Source of the DNA: Minisyncoccia bacterium
GTDB lineage: Bacteria; Patescibacteriota; Minisyncoccia; SW-4-49-11
Reading direction: 5' to 3'
Assembly (NCBI GenBank): GCA_044356325.1
Contig: JBIKWJ010000002.1
Coordinates: 24,602-88,601 of the forward strand
DNA: 64,000 nucleotides
Part shown: piece after piece, positions 18,571-28,566 of the stretch
How positions within the stretch are numbered: position 1 is the first letter of the stretch
Layout: each line of letters starts with the position of its first letter
Program-made: the position numbers and the translations under genes
The notes under the pieces: model-generated
The model's input: only the letters and a program-made list of their open reading frames with translations
Database searches by the model: none
Told to the model about the DNA's origin: nothing

Positions 18571-20151
18571 TTATTTTTTTGTTACAATACTTTTGACTTT
18601 TCCATTTTTGAATTGAGTAGTCAATATATCCCCTTCAGTAATTTGTGAAATATCTGTAATAATTTTATCATAGATTTTGGTAATACTGTATCCCTTTTGT
18701 AAAATTGCTTTTGGATCATTGGCTGAAAGTTGAGATTCTAAGACAAGAAGCTTATTGTGTTTTTGTGTAAAAGCGCTATGAATACTACTTTGAATATTCT
18801 GTATGCTCGAATTAATACTATATTGATATTGTTGTATTTGTCGTAATTGTTGAAAAGCATTATTCTCTAATCTCTGAATAGTAATCTTCACCGTATCAGA
18901 AATAAATCTGGTATATCGTTCTAAAGAATATAATCGCTGATCAATATTACGAGATAATTGTTGAATTTGATACTGTATACTGGTTTGTAATTGGCTCTCT
19001 TTTTGTTCCACTATTCCCTTTAATTCATCTCGATGTGGTGTCAATAATTCAGCAGCATTAGAGGGAGTAGAAGCTCGAAAATCTGCCACAAAATCCGCTA
19101 TAGTAATATCCCTCTCATGCCCTACTGCTGAAATAACAGGCTTTGTTGAAGTATAAATTGCCCGAGCTACCGACTCATCATTAAATGCATGAAGATCATC
19201 CATAGCGCCTCCCCCTCGAGTTAATACTATCACTTCTATTTCGGGATAACTATTGAGATTATTAATAGCAGTAATAATACTCTCTACTGCTCGCTCACCC
19301 TGTACTTGTGCATGATGAAAATATAATTGCAAACCTCCCATACGAGCTCCAAGCACTTTCATAAAATCTTTATAGGCAGCGGCATCTTGTGAGGTTATAA
19401 CTCCGATATTCTGAGGCATATTAGGAATAGGTCTTTTGCGGTCTTGTTGGAATAATCCTTCTGCCTCTAATTTTGCTCGAAGTAATTCGAAAGCCTTAGC
19501 AAGTTCTCCTTCTCCAGAAACCGCCAAAGTATCTACCATTATACTGAATATTCCTGATTTAGGAGAAAGGCGAGATTTACCCGTTACAATAATACGCATA
19601 CCATTCACCGGGGAAATACGGGATTTCCGAAGCTGAGACACGGTCGTAAAACAACGAATTTTTGCTTCTTTTTTCTCATCTTTAAGATCAAAAAACACCC
19701 ATTGATTATTCCCAAAAGTAGACATTTGAAAGGCTGAAACTTCACCTTCAATTTGCACCGTATTCTCACCAATAATGCTATTAATTTGGGCAATAAACTG
19801 AGATACACTCATTACTTCTGAGGACATATCTGGGGTTGAGACTTTGGTATTAGCATATTGTGTGAGCTCCTGGGGAATAGTCACTTTATTTGCCTCTAGG
19901 TATGCTTTTCCCTCAGGAAAATGCGTGAGGACTCGAATAGCCTCCTTTTTTACCGTCAAAGTGGAGTCATTGATAAGAGGTGTAATCAAATCTTTGACCC
20001 TATCCCATTCAAAATTCTCAAGAGCTCGGAGAGCCGCCTGCCTATATGAAGCTTTATTATGTGCCAAGAAAACCTGAATACTATATAAGGCTCTATTTCC
20101 CCGCTCTCGTATTATATCTTGAAAATAGGTATCTAATTGCTTACCAGTCAC
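18571..20151 (-). CDS. xseA: Exodeoxyribonuclease VII large subunit with an N-terminal HEAT-like extension
   Basis: OB-fold IEGEVS..FFDLKD, RGGGAMDDL, SAVGHERD, ASTPSNAAE. Confidence 0.92.
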   Translation of the reverse strand: MTGKQLDTYFQDIIRERGNRALYSIQVFLAHNKASYRQAALRALENFEWDRVKDLITPLINDSTLTVKKEAIRVLTHFPEGKAYLEANKVTIPQELTQYANTKVSTPDMSSEVMSVSQFIAQINSIIGENTVQIEGEVSAFQMSTFGNNQWVFFDLKDEKKEAKIRCFTTVSQLRKSRISPVNGMRIIVTGKSRLSPKSGIFSIMVDTLAVSGEGELAKAFELLRAKLEAEGLFQQDRKRPIPNMPQNIGVITSQDAAAYKDFMKVLGARMGGLQLYFHHAQVQGERAVESIITAINNLNSYPEIEVIVLTRGGGAMDDLHAFNDESVARAIYTSTKPVISAVGHERDITIADFVADFRASTPSNAAELLTPHRDELKGIVEQKESQLQTSIQYQIQQLSRNIDQRLYSLERYTRFISDTVKITIQRLENNAFQQLRQIQQYQYSINSSIQNIQSSIHSAFTQKHNKLLVLESQLSANDPKAILQKGYSITKIYDKIITDISQITEGDILTTQFKNGKVKSIVTKK

Positions 20152-20199
20152 AGTATTTTGTATAATTATATTATCTATTTAGTATAGCATATAAAGTTG

Positions 20200-20225
20200 A
20201 AAACCCCCGGGGAAACGGGGGTTTT
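20200..20225. terminator. Bidirectional-type intrinsic terminator
   Basis: AAAACCCCCG-GGGAAA-CGGGGGTTTT. Confidence 0.7.
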
Positions 20226-20256
20226 AGTTATTTAGTTGTACCTAGCTGTGATGGGG

Positions 20257-20421
20257 CTAGGTGATAGGGTTGACAACGGGCTCGACCGGAATGGTCAAGC
20301 GGTCATGACGTCCATGACGCTGTGGGTAGAGGCTTCGGATGCCGCTATTAGAGGGAGAAACTCCCCAATAATTTTTCTTCCGACGAACTTTCCGGGAGTC
20401 ATGACGCTTACCGTGTGCCAT
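20257..20421 (-). CDS. Small basic orphan peptide (54 aa, not in the ORF track)
   Basis: MAHGKRHDSRKVRRKKNYW...VNPIT*, between a TTGACA-17-TATTAT promoter and the terminator at 20200. Confidence 0.5.
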   Translation of the reverse strand: MAHGKRHDSRKVRRKKNYWGVSPSNSGIRSLYPQRHGRHDRLTIPVEPVVNPIT

Positions 20422-20513
20422 GTATAACCTTGAGTTAGGGCAATATAATAATACTATTTACCTATTATTTTGTCAATATATATTAACTTTATTTGTCAAT
20501 TTTTGACAAAATA

Positions 20514-21698
20514 TTATATTTTAATCGCAATATTGTCAATATGGATTTTCTGTTCTACCCATTTACGCATAATTCCCATATAGGCTGAGTCCCCTATTAT
20601 AACGCCTCCTATAATAATATTCTCTTTATTGATATTAACTTGTACATATCTATCCCCCTGCTCTATTACGACAGATTGCATATCAGGCCCCAATCTACAA
20701 GCTCCTACAAAAGCTATAGGCAGGCTGGTTTTAGGACTAAAAACTGGTATCAAAGAATACGGCTTCATAGTATCCGTATGTACCATATTATATCCCGCAA
20801 TCATACCCTGTAGAGAAGCATTAGCCCAAGTTCCGCCACTTGTGGTATTCTCTTGCAATATGTCATAATATTCGGCTATATCACCTGCCGCGAATATATC
20901 TGTATTTTCACTCATAAGATATTGATTAACCTTCAACCCACGATTACATAATTCAGGGGGAAGAAAATCTTTATTTAATTCAAGCCCAATTCCAGTACAT
21001 AAACTTTGCGTAGGTATAATTTCACCTGATTTTAGAATTATCTCTGCAATAGCCCCATTTTCGCTCTTTATTTCACCAATCTCAGCATTATAATATACAT
21101 TAGCTCTCTGATGAATATATTCATTGATGAGATTACCTCCAATTTTATCTATCATTCCTTTCCAATACCATTCTTCACGAATAATCAGTGTCACTTTTTT
21201 TCCAAGAGCTGATAATAATTCGACAAATTCAATTCCTATAAATCCCCCTCCTACAATAGTAATATGTTCTTTATTTTGTATATAATCTCTTACTTGTATA
21301 GCATCGTCCAAGGTTTGAAAACTAAATACTCCCGCTAAATCAGCTCCTGCTTGTGTGAGTTTGCGAGCTCTGCCACCCGTTGCGATTAATACTTTATCAT
21401 ATTGTACTATTTCTCCATTATTTAAGGTGACCGATTTAGCCTCTTTATCAAGGGCTGTGACTTTAGCAATAATATGATTGATATTTTGCTCACGGAATTG
21501 CTCTTCGGTTTTCAGTAATAATTCTTCTGGATTTTTGGCAGCTATTGCAATTTTACCAATATTAACTCTTGAGTACACAGGATATGATTCATCTCCAATC
21601 AGTGCAATACTTGCTTCTGGAGATTCCCTACGTATTGTAGCGGCCGCATTACTCCCCGCAATCCCCGCTCCTATAATAATATATTGATATTTTGACAT
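20514..21698 (-). CDS. NAD(P)/FAD-dependent oxidoreductase (ferredoxin/rubredoxin reductase-like)
   Basis: IIGAGIAG, LIATGG, IVGGGFIGIE and IFAAGD motifs. Confidence 0.88.
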   Translation of the reverse strand: MSKYQYIIIGAGIAGSNAAATIRRESPEASIALIGDESYPVYSRVNIGKIAIAAKNPEELLLKTEEQFREQNINHIIAKVTALDKEAKSVTLNNGEIVQYDKVLIATGGRARKLTQAGADLAGVFSFQTLDDAIQVRDYIQNKEHITIVGGGFIGIEFVELLSALGKKVTLIIREEWYWKGMIDKIGGNLINEYIHQRANVYYNAEIGEIKSENGAIAEIILKSGEIIPTQSLCTGIGLELNKDFLPPELCNRGLKVNQYLMSENTDIFAAGDIAEYYDILQENTTSGGTWANASLQGMIAGYNMVHTDTMKPYSLIPVFSPKTSLPIAFVGACRLGPDMQSVVIEQGDRYVQVNINKENIIIGGVIIGDSAYMGIMRKWVEQKIHIDNIAIKI

Positions 21699-21793
21699 TG
21701 ATATAACTATTATTGATTATTATATATAGTATAACATATTGATTTTGATATGATGATATGATATTATTTTGAAGTTCTCTGATAGTATTGACT

Positions 21794-21979
21794 ATGAGCT
21801 TACTCGATGATTTATTTGAAACACTTTCTGGTAGATCCAGGGGCAACAAGGGTGACGGTAATCCCAATAACCTCAGGCCCGATATCCGAGAGACTTTACC
21901 AACACGTGCAGGAAGTATTAGACCACTTCATCGCAGCATTCCACCAACCTTCGAACAAGGTCGTCCCGATGAAGGCTGA
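21794..21979 (+). CDS. Small orphan peptide
   Basis: MSLLDDLFETLSGR... ORF followed by a terminator at about 22002-22036. Confidence 0.45.
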   Translation: MSLLDDLFETLSGRSRGNKGDGNPNNLRPDIRETLPTRAGSIRPLHRSIPPTFEQGRPDEG

Positions 21980-22094
21980 ACCCTTCTCCAATTACACCTC
22001 TAAAGACCAGCCGCCGAGGTTTGGTCTTTTTTCTTTTATATTGCATTTTGAGGCTATATCGACTATAATAGCAAGGTTATATAAGAAATATCAT

Positions 22095-22661
22095 ATGCTT
22101 TCTATTTCAGATATTAAAAAAGGTAAAATTATTGTGGTTGATGAAACCCCTTATTTAATTTTATTTAGCCAATTAGCGAAAAAAGGACGGGCAGGTTCGG
22201 TTCTTACCGTCAAAATGCGTAATCTATTAACCCAGAATACCCAAGAGCGTAATTTTAAACAATCTGATATGTTTGCTGAGGCTGATATTTCAGAATCCTA
22301 TGCTGAATATTTGTATAATGATTCTGAGGGATATCATTTTATGGATGAGAGGAATTTTGAGCAATATGCTTTTGATACTGAGACTTTGGGTGATAATACT
22401 ATTGGATATTTACAAGAAGGTGCAAAGGTTAAAATCATCACCTTCAATGGGTCTCCTATTACTATCAATCTCCCTCCAAAAGTTGTGCTCGAGGTAACCG
22501 AGGCTGTGCCTGCAATTAAAGGAAATACCGTAGATGCTGCAGTAAAAGTAGTAAAATTAGAAACAGGATTAGAGGTAAAGGTTCCTATGTTTATCAATCA
22601 AGGAGATAAAATTCGTATTAATACCGAGACTGGAATCTACGAAGAAAAGGTGACTAATTAA
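22095..22661 (+). CDS. efp: Elongation factor P
   Basis: YLYND..GYHFMD..FEQ and LETGLEVKVPMFINQGDKIRINT; true start at MLSISDIKKG. Confidence 0.95.
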   Translation: MLSISDIKKGKIIVVDETPYLILFSQLAKKGRAGSVLTVKMRNLLTQNTQERNFKQSDMFAEADISESYAEYLYNDSEGYHFMDERNFEQYAFDTETLGDNTIGYLQEGAKVKIITFNGSPITINLPPKVVLEVTEAVPAIKGNTVDAAVKVVKLETGLEVKVPMFINQGDKIRINTETGIYEEKVTN

Positions 22662-25234
22662 CCCCAATAATCTTTAATCGTAACACCAACTTTAATCGGG
22701 ATACTGGCTTTATATACCGATTCCATAATATTTACTATTTTCTGCTGATACAAGTCCACTCTTTCTGATGCGACTTCAAATACCAATTCATCATGTACCT
22801 GTAATATCATATGAATATCATCCTTATCTCTTAGGTATTCATCAATTTGTATCATAGCTAATTTTATAATATCGGCTTGCAGTCCCTGAATTGGCATATT
22901 GACTGCAATTCGCTCCAGTAAAGCTTGATTGCGAGGATTTCTAATATCTATATTGGATAAATCCCGAATTCTTCCATATTCAGTTTGAGCATATCCATGT
23001 TGGCGTGCAAATTGCTTCAGAGATTCCATATATTCATGAAGTTCCGGATAAGCTTCTCGATAACGAGCTAAGAATTCCTGTGCCTCGGTGCGACTAATTT
23101 TGAGATTACGAGCAAGACTTACCGCTCCCATTCCATATAAAATTCCAAAATTAATGGTTTTGGCAAAAGTTCGCATTTCTTTGGTAATGTCTTCTGGGTT
23201 TACTCCATATACTCGCTGAGCTGTGGCTGTATGAAAATCTTGATCCTGACTAAAAATTTCTAACATAGCTGTATCTTGTGCCAGATGAGCTGCTAGCCTT
23301 AATTCGATTTGAGAATAATCACAAGCTAATAATGTCCAGTTTTTAGCAGCCACGAAACATTGTTTAATTTGGCGACCAAGTTCACTACGAGCAGGGATAT
23401 TCTGAAGATTTGGATCAATTGATGAAAGCCTTCCAGTGGCTGCAATATTTTGCTGATAACTGGTATGTATACGACCTTTTTTATCCATCATCAGAGGTAG
23501 ACTATCAATATAGGTAGACTTGAGTTTAGCAACTTCCCGATATTGCAAAATTAAATCGACAATTTCAAATTCTGCTCGCATTGACTCCAGAGCATCCGCT
23601 GAGGTGGAAATTTGTCCTCCTCCAGTTTTCTTTACCCCTTTTGGAGATAAGGCTAATTTGGTGAATAATATTTGAGATAATTGTTTGGGGGAATTAAGAT
23701 TAAATTCCTCTCCAGCTATACTATAAATTTTCTGAGTCAAATCTTTGATTTTATTCTCCACAAAATTTTTAGTACTTTGAAGTTTGTCAGTATCAAATAA
23801 TACCCCAATGGCTTCCATACGAGCAAGCACCGGCAATAATGGTCTCTCAATTGTATTGTATACCTCCTCAATATGCTGAGGTTTCATCTTCTCAAGAATA
23901 ATAGTATATAGGCTATGCAAGCTCAATTCCGGATGAGATTCATTATAATCAACTCCATACGCTGAGACCACTGCCGCCAGAGATAATTGCCTCTCTCCAG
24001 GATTGATAAGATATGCCATCAAAACAATATCCTGCAGATTAGCCTTAAGTTCAAAAGGATATAAATTCCGTATTATAGGTTTTATATCGGCACAAATAAG
24101 AATTTGATTGGTTAAGAGCAAATCTCTGAGTTCTTTTTCATTGAGTTTAGCCCGCCGCCCCTCAGCATCTATTGCCGCATAATGTTCTCCTGCTTGATAT
24201 ATGGCTAATGGAGCCGAGACTAATGCATCAAGAGAGTCGTATTGAGTATTGATAGACTTTTCTAATTCTATTGATTTATTTTCTTGACTCCAAAAACTTG
24301 CCTGAGCCTTACTCGGTTTTTCTTTTTCTAATATAATATTCAAATCCTTTACTAAGGAGAAAAATTCAAATTGTTTAAAGGTTTCTTTTGCCTTCTCTAC
24401 GGGGAATTGATATTCTAAGGTCTCATTTACAATATCTCCGATAGGAGCATCGAGGATAATTGTCGCAAGCTCACGACTAAAAAAAGCTTGTTCTTTATAT
24501 TGTTTGAGATTGGCAAAAATAGATTTAGTCAAAGCCTCTCTATTGTCTTTGTCTATATCATCAAAATTGTCATATTTGTCTACAAAAATATAAATATTCT
24601 CCAAAGTCTCAAAACGATGTAATAAATTGACCGCTCTCAAATCTCCAATACCAGGAACTCCAGGAATATTATCTGAAGGATCCCCCTTTAGCCCTTTAAA
24701 ATCTCTCACTTGATCGGGCCTAATTTGATATTTTGCAATGACTGCATCAGTATCAAAGATTACCGTGTCATTAATACTTTTCCTAAGAGTATAAACTGAA
24801 ATACCCGGCTTTACTAATTGCATAGTATCCATATCTCCCGTCACAATTACCAATTCATTCTTGCTTTTATTGGTTTGCTCGGCAATAGTTCCAATAATAT
24901 CATCAGCCTCATATCCTGCGAGCTCTAAAACAGGGATATCGAGCCCTCGCACTAATTCTTGCACCAAAGGAATTTGATCATACAAATCCTGATCTGCTGC
25001 CACTCGATTTGCCTTATAATCATCAAATTGCTCATGCCGAAAAGTCCCTCCAGCCACATCAAAAGCTGCTAATACTATATCCGGCTTTATATCCTTGATA
25101 ACTTTTAACAATAATTTGGCATATCCATATACCGCATTCACCATCACTCCCTCCGCTGTCGTAAAAGGAGGCAGGGCATGATAAGCCCTGTGAATCACCG
25201 CATTGCTATCTAAGATTACAATTTTCTTCTTCAT
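22658..25234 (-). CDS. polA: DNA polymerase I
   Basis: 5'-3' exonuclease (YEADDIIGT, GDPSDNIPGV) and polymerase motifs (DYSQIELR, KTINFGILYG, QVHDE). Confidence 0.97.
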   Translation of the reverse strand: MKKKIVILDSNAVIHRAYHALPPFTTAEGVMVNAVYGYAKLLLKVIKDIKPDIVLAAFDVAGGTFRHEQFDDYKANRVAADQDLYDQIPLVQELVRGLDIPVLELAGYEADDIIGTIAEQTNKSKNELVIVTGDMDTMQLVKPGISVYTLRKSINDTVIFDTDAVIAKYQIRPDQVRDFKGLKGDPSDNIPGVPGIGDLRAVNLLHRFETLENIYIFVDKYDNFDDIDKDNREALTKSIFANLKQYKEQAFFSRELATIILDAPIGDIVNETLEYQFPVEKAKETFKQFEFFSLVKDLNIILEKEKPSKAQASFWSQENKSIELEKSINTQYDSLDALVSAPLAIYQAGEHYAAIDAEGRRAKLNEKELRDLLLTNQILICADIKPIIRNLYPFELKANLQDIVLMAYLINPGERQLSLAAVVSAYGVDYNESHPELSLHSLYTIILEKMKPQHIEEVYNTIERPLLPVLARMEAIGVLFDTDKLQSTKNFVENKIKDLTQKIYSIAGEEFNLNSPKQLSQILFTKLALSPKGVKKTGGGQISTSADALESMRAEFEIVDLILQYREVAKLKSTYIDSLPLMMDKKGRIHTSYQQNIAATGRLSSIDPNLQNIPARSELGRQIKQCFVAAKNWTLLACDYSQIELRLAAHLAQDTAMLEIFSQDQDFHTATAQRVYGVNPEDITKEMRTFAKTINFGILYGMGAVSLARNLKISRTEAQEFLARYREAYPELHEYMESLKQFARQHGYAQTEYGRIRDLSNIDIRNPRNQALLERIAVNMPIQGLQADIIKLAMIQIDEYLRDKDDIHMILQVHDELVFEVASERVDLYQQKIVNIMESVYKASIPIKVGVTIKDYWG

Positions 25235-25277
25235 ATACTGTTATTATATCATATTTTATGAAAATAATGTGGACTTT

Positions 25278-25459
25278 CGTAGCGGAGGGTTTATCCCTCC
25301 AGTTCATATAGAGTCGGCAACCCCGCCGACATTGTTTTCCGTAGGGGCGACAAACTTGTCTTAAAATTCCCATCTTGAGGGGTGGACAGCTTCGCTGGAC
25401 GGGGTGGAGTCTTTTTATATTCGTAGGGGGCGACCTCTCAGTCGCCCGTCCCGTGATAT
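25278..25459. repeat. REP cluster (GTAG-type and double-hairpin type)
   Basis: GTAGGGGCGAC units and AATTCCCATCTTGAGGGGTGG..GACGGGGTGGA. Confidence 0.85.
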
Positions 25460-25536
25460 AATTAATTCTAGTTATTTACTCTTGACAAAATTAGCAAAAT
25501 ATGATATAAGTCTATTGTCCCCTGCGGAGAATTTCC

Positions 25537-25776
25537 GTGCTTCCAAGATTTTACTGTAGTAGAGATTTTATCCAATTTATACTTGCATTAGCCAGTATAG
25601 TACTTTTCCTAAGTGCAGTAATTATTATGCTTTATGCTTTTGGGAATGTATTTTTTACAAATAATACCCTATCTTGGAAACTAAGCTTGTTTTTTAATAA
25701 TTTATTTTCTGCAATTATCTGTACGCTGGTTGGGCTTGGATTAAGTAGCATTTTAAAGCGTATAGATAATTCATAA
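25537..25776 (+). CDS. Small two-TM membrane protein
   Basis: GTG-start ORF after a TTGACA-17-TATAAG promoter (25482-25510). Confidence 0.55.
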   Translation: MLPRFYCSRDFIQFILALASIVLFLSAVIIMLYAFGNVFFTNNTLSWKLSLFFNNLFSAIICTLVGLGLSSILKRIDNS

Positions 25777-25889
25777 AGATAATATTGGCAGTAATCTATA
25801 CCCTAACATTACACTGGAGTCACTTAAGAGTGACTCCTTTCAATTTATTTAATTTTTTTACTCAAAAAATACTCTCCCTCAATCATACA

Positions 25890-25964
25890 ATATCATGGGC
25901 GGCTGAAAGGTCGACCCTACGAGTGGGGAAACGAATCCACCTCCAGCACTTTGTGCCACCTCCT
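25890..25964. repeat. Inverted GTAG-type REP and partial GGAGGTGGAT unit
   Basis: GGGCGGCTGAAAGGTCGACCCTAC and ATCCACCTCCAGCACTTTGTGCCACCTCC. Confidence 0.75.
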
Positions 25965-26151
25965 AATCTACATGCCATCAAAGCTCCCTTACCACTGGGA
26001 GCTTTTTCATATCTATACAGTTAACTCAATAGTTTTTTACTCTCAGAAAAAGTTCACCCCCTTCTCCGCCCACAGCAACCAGGTAGAGTAAAGAAAAAAA
26101 GCCCGATCAATGTCGAGCCTTTGAATGGGGGAAGAGATGTCATTTTTTCTT

Positions 26152-26481
26152 TTATTGAGATGAAATGGCGTAAATACCACTCACCTCACCCCTGTAGCTC
26201 CAGCAATTTGCTGGAAACTTATCTTTAATAAGATTGATATCATGCCACCCTGTTTCCACTTTAAAAAGCTTACCTTTATTACACCTCTGTTGAGGTAAAT
26301 CCCTAAGATTGGTTTTCCTACTCTCCACTAAAGTAAAGGTATTAATTCTTGGCTGAAGTTTATTTGTTAACTCTGTAACCTGAATTTGCTCAGGTGGCTG
26401 TACCTTACCACACCCCGACACTCCAAGGAGGAGTGTTGAGAGGAAAGCCATAGCCATAATACGTTGATTGAAAGGGGACAT
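26152..26481 (-). CDS. Putative lipoprotein (orphan)
   Basis: Signal peptide AFLSTLLLGVSGC with a lipobox-like VSG-C. Confidence 0.65.
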   Translation of the reverse strand: MSPFNQRIMAMAFLSTLLLGVSGCGKVQPPEQIQVTELTNKLQPRINTFTLVESRKTNLRDLPQQRCNKGKLFKVETGWHDINLIKDKFPANCWSYRGEVSGIYAISSQ

Positions 26482-26626
26482 GGAGATCGCTCCATAATGT
26501 ACTCTAATCTTATACCATATTTTTACATTTTTGTCAAGTAATTATAACACACTTTGCCCTATAGACCTCCAATATTGCATAAAATTTGCATATATGTTAT
26601 AATCGCGACACATTGCACATTCAAAC

Positions 26627-27001
26627 ATGACTTTTTTCTCTGAACAAGGCCTCACCGAAGCTCAAGTGCTTCAACGGGTTTGCAATTTATTGAAGGAAAG
26701 AGACCCCACTTTCCTAATCTCAAGGCCTTTTGCAATTCCCGGCACTGATTATGGGCTTTTTGGTAAATCCCTTGAAGCATTCTTCAAGCTCAGCTCTGGA
26801 AGTGTTGCTAATATGGTGATATTCTTGGAAGCTGTACATAGGGGGAACCTTGCTAAGGAAGCTCTCATTGAACTCATTGAGAATCAGATAGCCCTACCTA
26901 AAGAACTCGAGGATAAAAAACAAGTCCATAGCAAAGACCGCCGTAAATATCTCCAGCAAGCTAATATGATTTTGTCAAAACTCAAATCCCTCCCGCGCTA
27001 A
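26627..27001 (+). CDS. Hypothetical protein
   Basis: 124-aa ORF after TTGCAT..TGTTATAAT, terminator overlapping the stop. Confidence 0.6.
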   Translation: MTFFSEQGLTEAQVLQRVCNLLKERDPTFLISRPFAIPGTDYGLFGKSLEAFFKLSSGSVANMVIFLEAVHRGNLAKEALIELIENQIALPKELEDKKQVHSKDRRKYLQQANMILSKLKSLPR

Positions 27002-27157
27002 TCAAAGCTCGGGGGTTTTTACTTTATTCTTATTATTTCAGTAAGGCATATTATAAGCAAAGAAACCCATACCCATCCAGTACACTACCCCCTTAAATAG
27101 AACCTTAGGGAAAGAAAAAAGCCCAGTCCATGCCGGGCTTTAGGGTATAGCTATGAG

Positions 27158-27553
27158 CTAATGGGTAGGCTTGGGAAGCAATAAGACAGTATCACGCCCA
27201 TTTACCATTGTGTGGGGGAGGGATGAATATCCGGGCACAACAATATCCGTAGGAATAACTCTTATATAGTTGCCAGGAAAATTTGGCAGCCCAACTGGAA
27301 GCATAGACACAATATGACATGCCCTGGTAAATCTTTTCGTGGATTGGCACATATACTCTAAATCTTTTTGCTTTACATCCCTATGCATACCTATCCTCTT
27401 ATCACCTGCATTATCAACGGAGTATAAATGTACTGTATATCTCATTTCATTAAAAATCTTTCTTTCACTTTTCGGTATTCCATTACACCCCGACACTCCA
27501 AGGAGAAGTGTTGAGAGGAAAGCTAGAATAATTGACCTAGTAAACCTTGACAT
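27158..27553 (-). CDS. Putative lipoprotein (orphan) sharing its leader with 26152-26481
   Basis: Same AFLSTLLLGVSGC signal; start at MSRF by analogy (alternative start 27565). Confidence 0.65.
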   Translation of the reverse strand: MSRFTRSIILAFLSTLLLGVSGCNGIPKSERKIFNEMRYTVHLYSVDNAGDKRIGMHRDVKQKDLEYMCQSTKRFTRACHIVSMLPVGLPNFPGNYIRVIPTDIVVPGYSSLPHTMVNGRDTVLLLPKPTH

Positions 27554-27622
27554 GGATCGCTCCATAATGTGCTTTAATCTTATACCATATTTTTGTCTAG
27601 TTTTATGAGGTGTATAGAATTC

Positions 27623-27957
27623 AGGCGACTAAAAGGTCACCCCTACGAGAGATTTTTATTCAGAAATAATGAGTTAAGAAATTTAATAAGAAAGTTTATT
27701 GTAATGCTTTAGGGTAGCTGATCTTTACTATCCCCCTTTGGAGGGGGCCGCCTGAAAGGCGGGGGTGGATAGATTTATAGGTTCAATATAAAATACACTT
27801 TACTTATTATCCACCTCCACCCTGCGGGTACCTCCTCCAAAGGAGGACAGTTTTATATCCCTAACCGCTGGACACCACCCAGGAGAGGAGTATATTAAAA
27901 TATACTGTACAAAAAATTCCCCTCTTGAGGGGTGACAAGCTTGCTTGTCGGGGTGGA
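27623..27957. repeat. Composite REP-like cluster
   Basis: Inverted GTAG REP, an inverted doublet of CCTTTGGAGG..GGTGGAT units, and an AATTCCCCTCTTGAGGGG unit. Confidence 0.85.
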
Positions 27958-28029
27958 GAAAGATACCAAATCTTGAAATTTAGCTAATTTTATGCTATAA
28001 TTGTTAGTATTAAAGTAATAAATACCTCT

Positions 28030-28563
28030 ATGTCTGGGCATAATAAATTTTCTAAAATTAAGCATAAGAAGGCAGCTACTGATAAGCTTAAAGCTCAGAA
28101 TTTTTCTAAAGTGGTAAAACTTATTCAAATTGCGGCCCGCAAAGGTTCTACTGACCCTGCTATGAATCCTGAGTTGAGATTAGCTCTTGAGAAGGCAAAA
28201 GAAGTGAATATGCCTAAAGATAATATTAGTCGCATATTAGAAAAGGCTGCCAATACCAATGGGCAAGTTGTGATTTATGAAGGATTTGGTCCTGAGGGGG
28301 TTGGGCTTCTGATCAAGACCTATACCGATAATGGCAATCGTACTGTGGCTGATTTACGTCATCTTTTATCCAAAAATGGGGGTAGTCTTGGAGCTAATGG
28401 ATCAGTGATTTGGATGTTTGAGGAGATTGTCAGAGAACAAGAGTATAAAGTTAATATTCCGACTGAAATTACTGAAGAGGCTCAAGAAAAGTTAGAAACT
28501 ATCATTGAAATCATCGAAGAATTGGATGATGTAGAGGAAATTTGGACTACTGCTTCCATTTAG
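28030..28563 (+). CDS. YebC/PmpR family protein (short form)
   Basis: MSGHNKFSKIKHKK, YEGFGPEG, TDNGNRT. Confidence 0.93.
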   Translation: MSGHNKFSKIKHKKAATDKLKAQNFSKVVKLIQIAARKGSTDPAMNPELRLALEKAKEVNMPKDNISRILEKAANTNGQVVIYEGFGPEGVGLLIKTYTDNGNRTVADLRHLLSKNGGSLGANGSVIWMFEEIVREQEYKVNIPTEITEEAQEKLETIIEIIEELDDVEEIWTTASI

Positions 28564-28566
28564 AGT

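Noticed and set aside
20236-20427. 63-aa plus-strand ORF from the track
   Set aside because: Promoter and terminator orientation favour the minus-strand ORF 20257-20421
21807-22094. N-terminal extension of EF-P
   Set aside because: It crosses a terminator and the efp promoter; EF-P similarity starts at 22095
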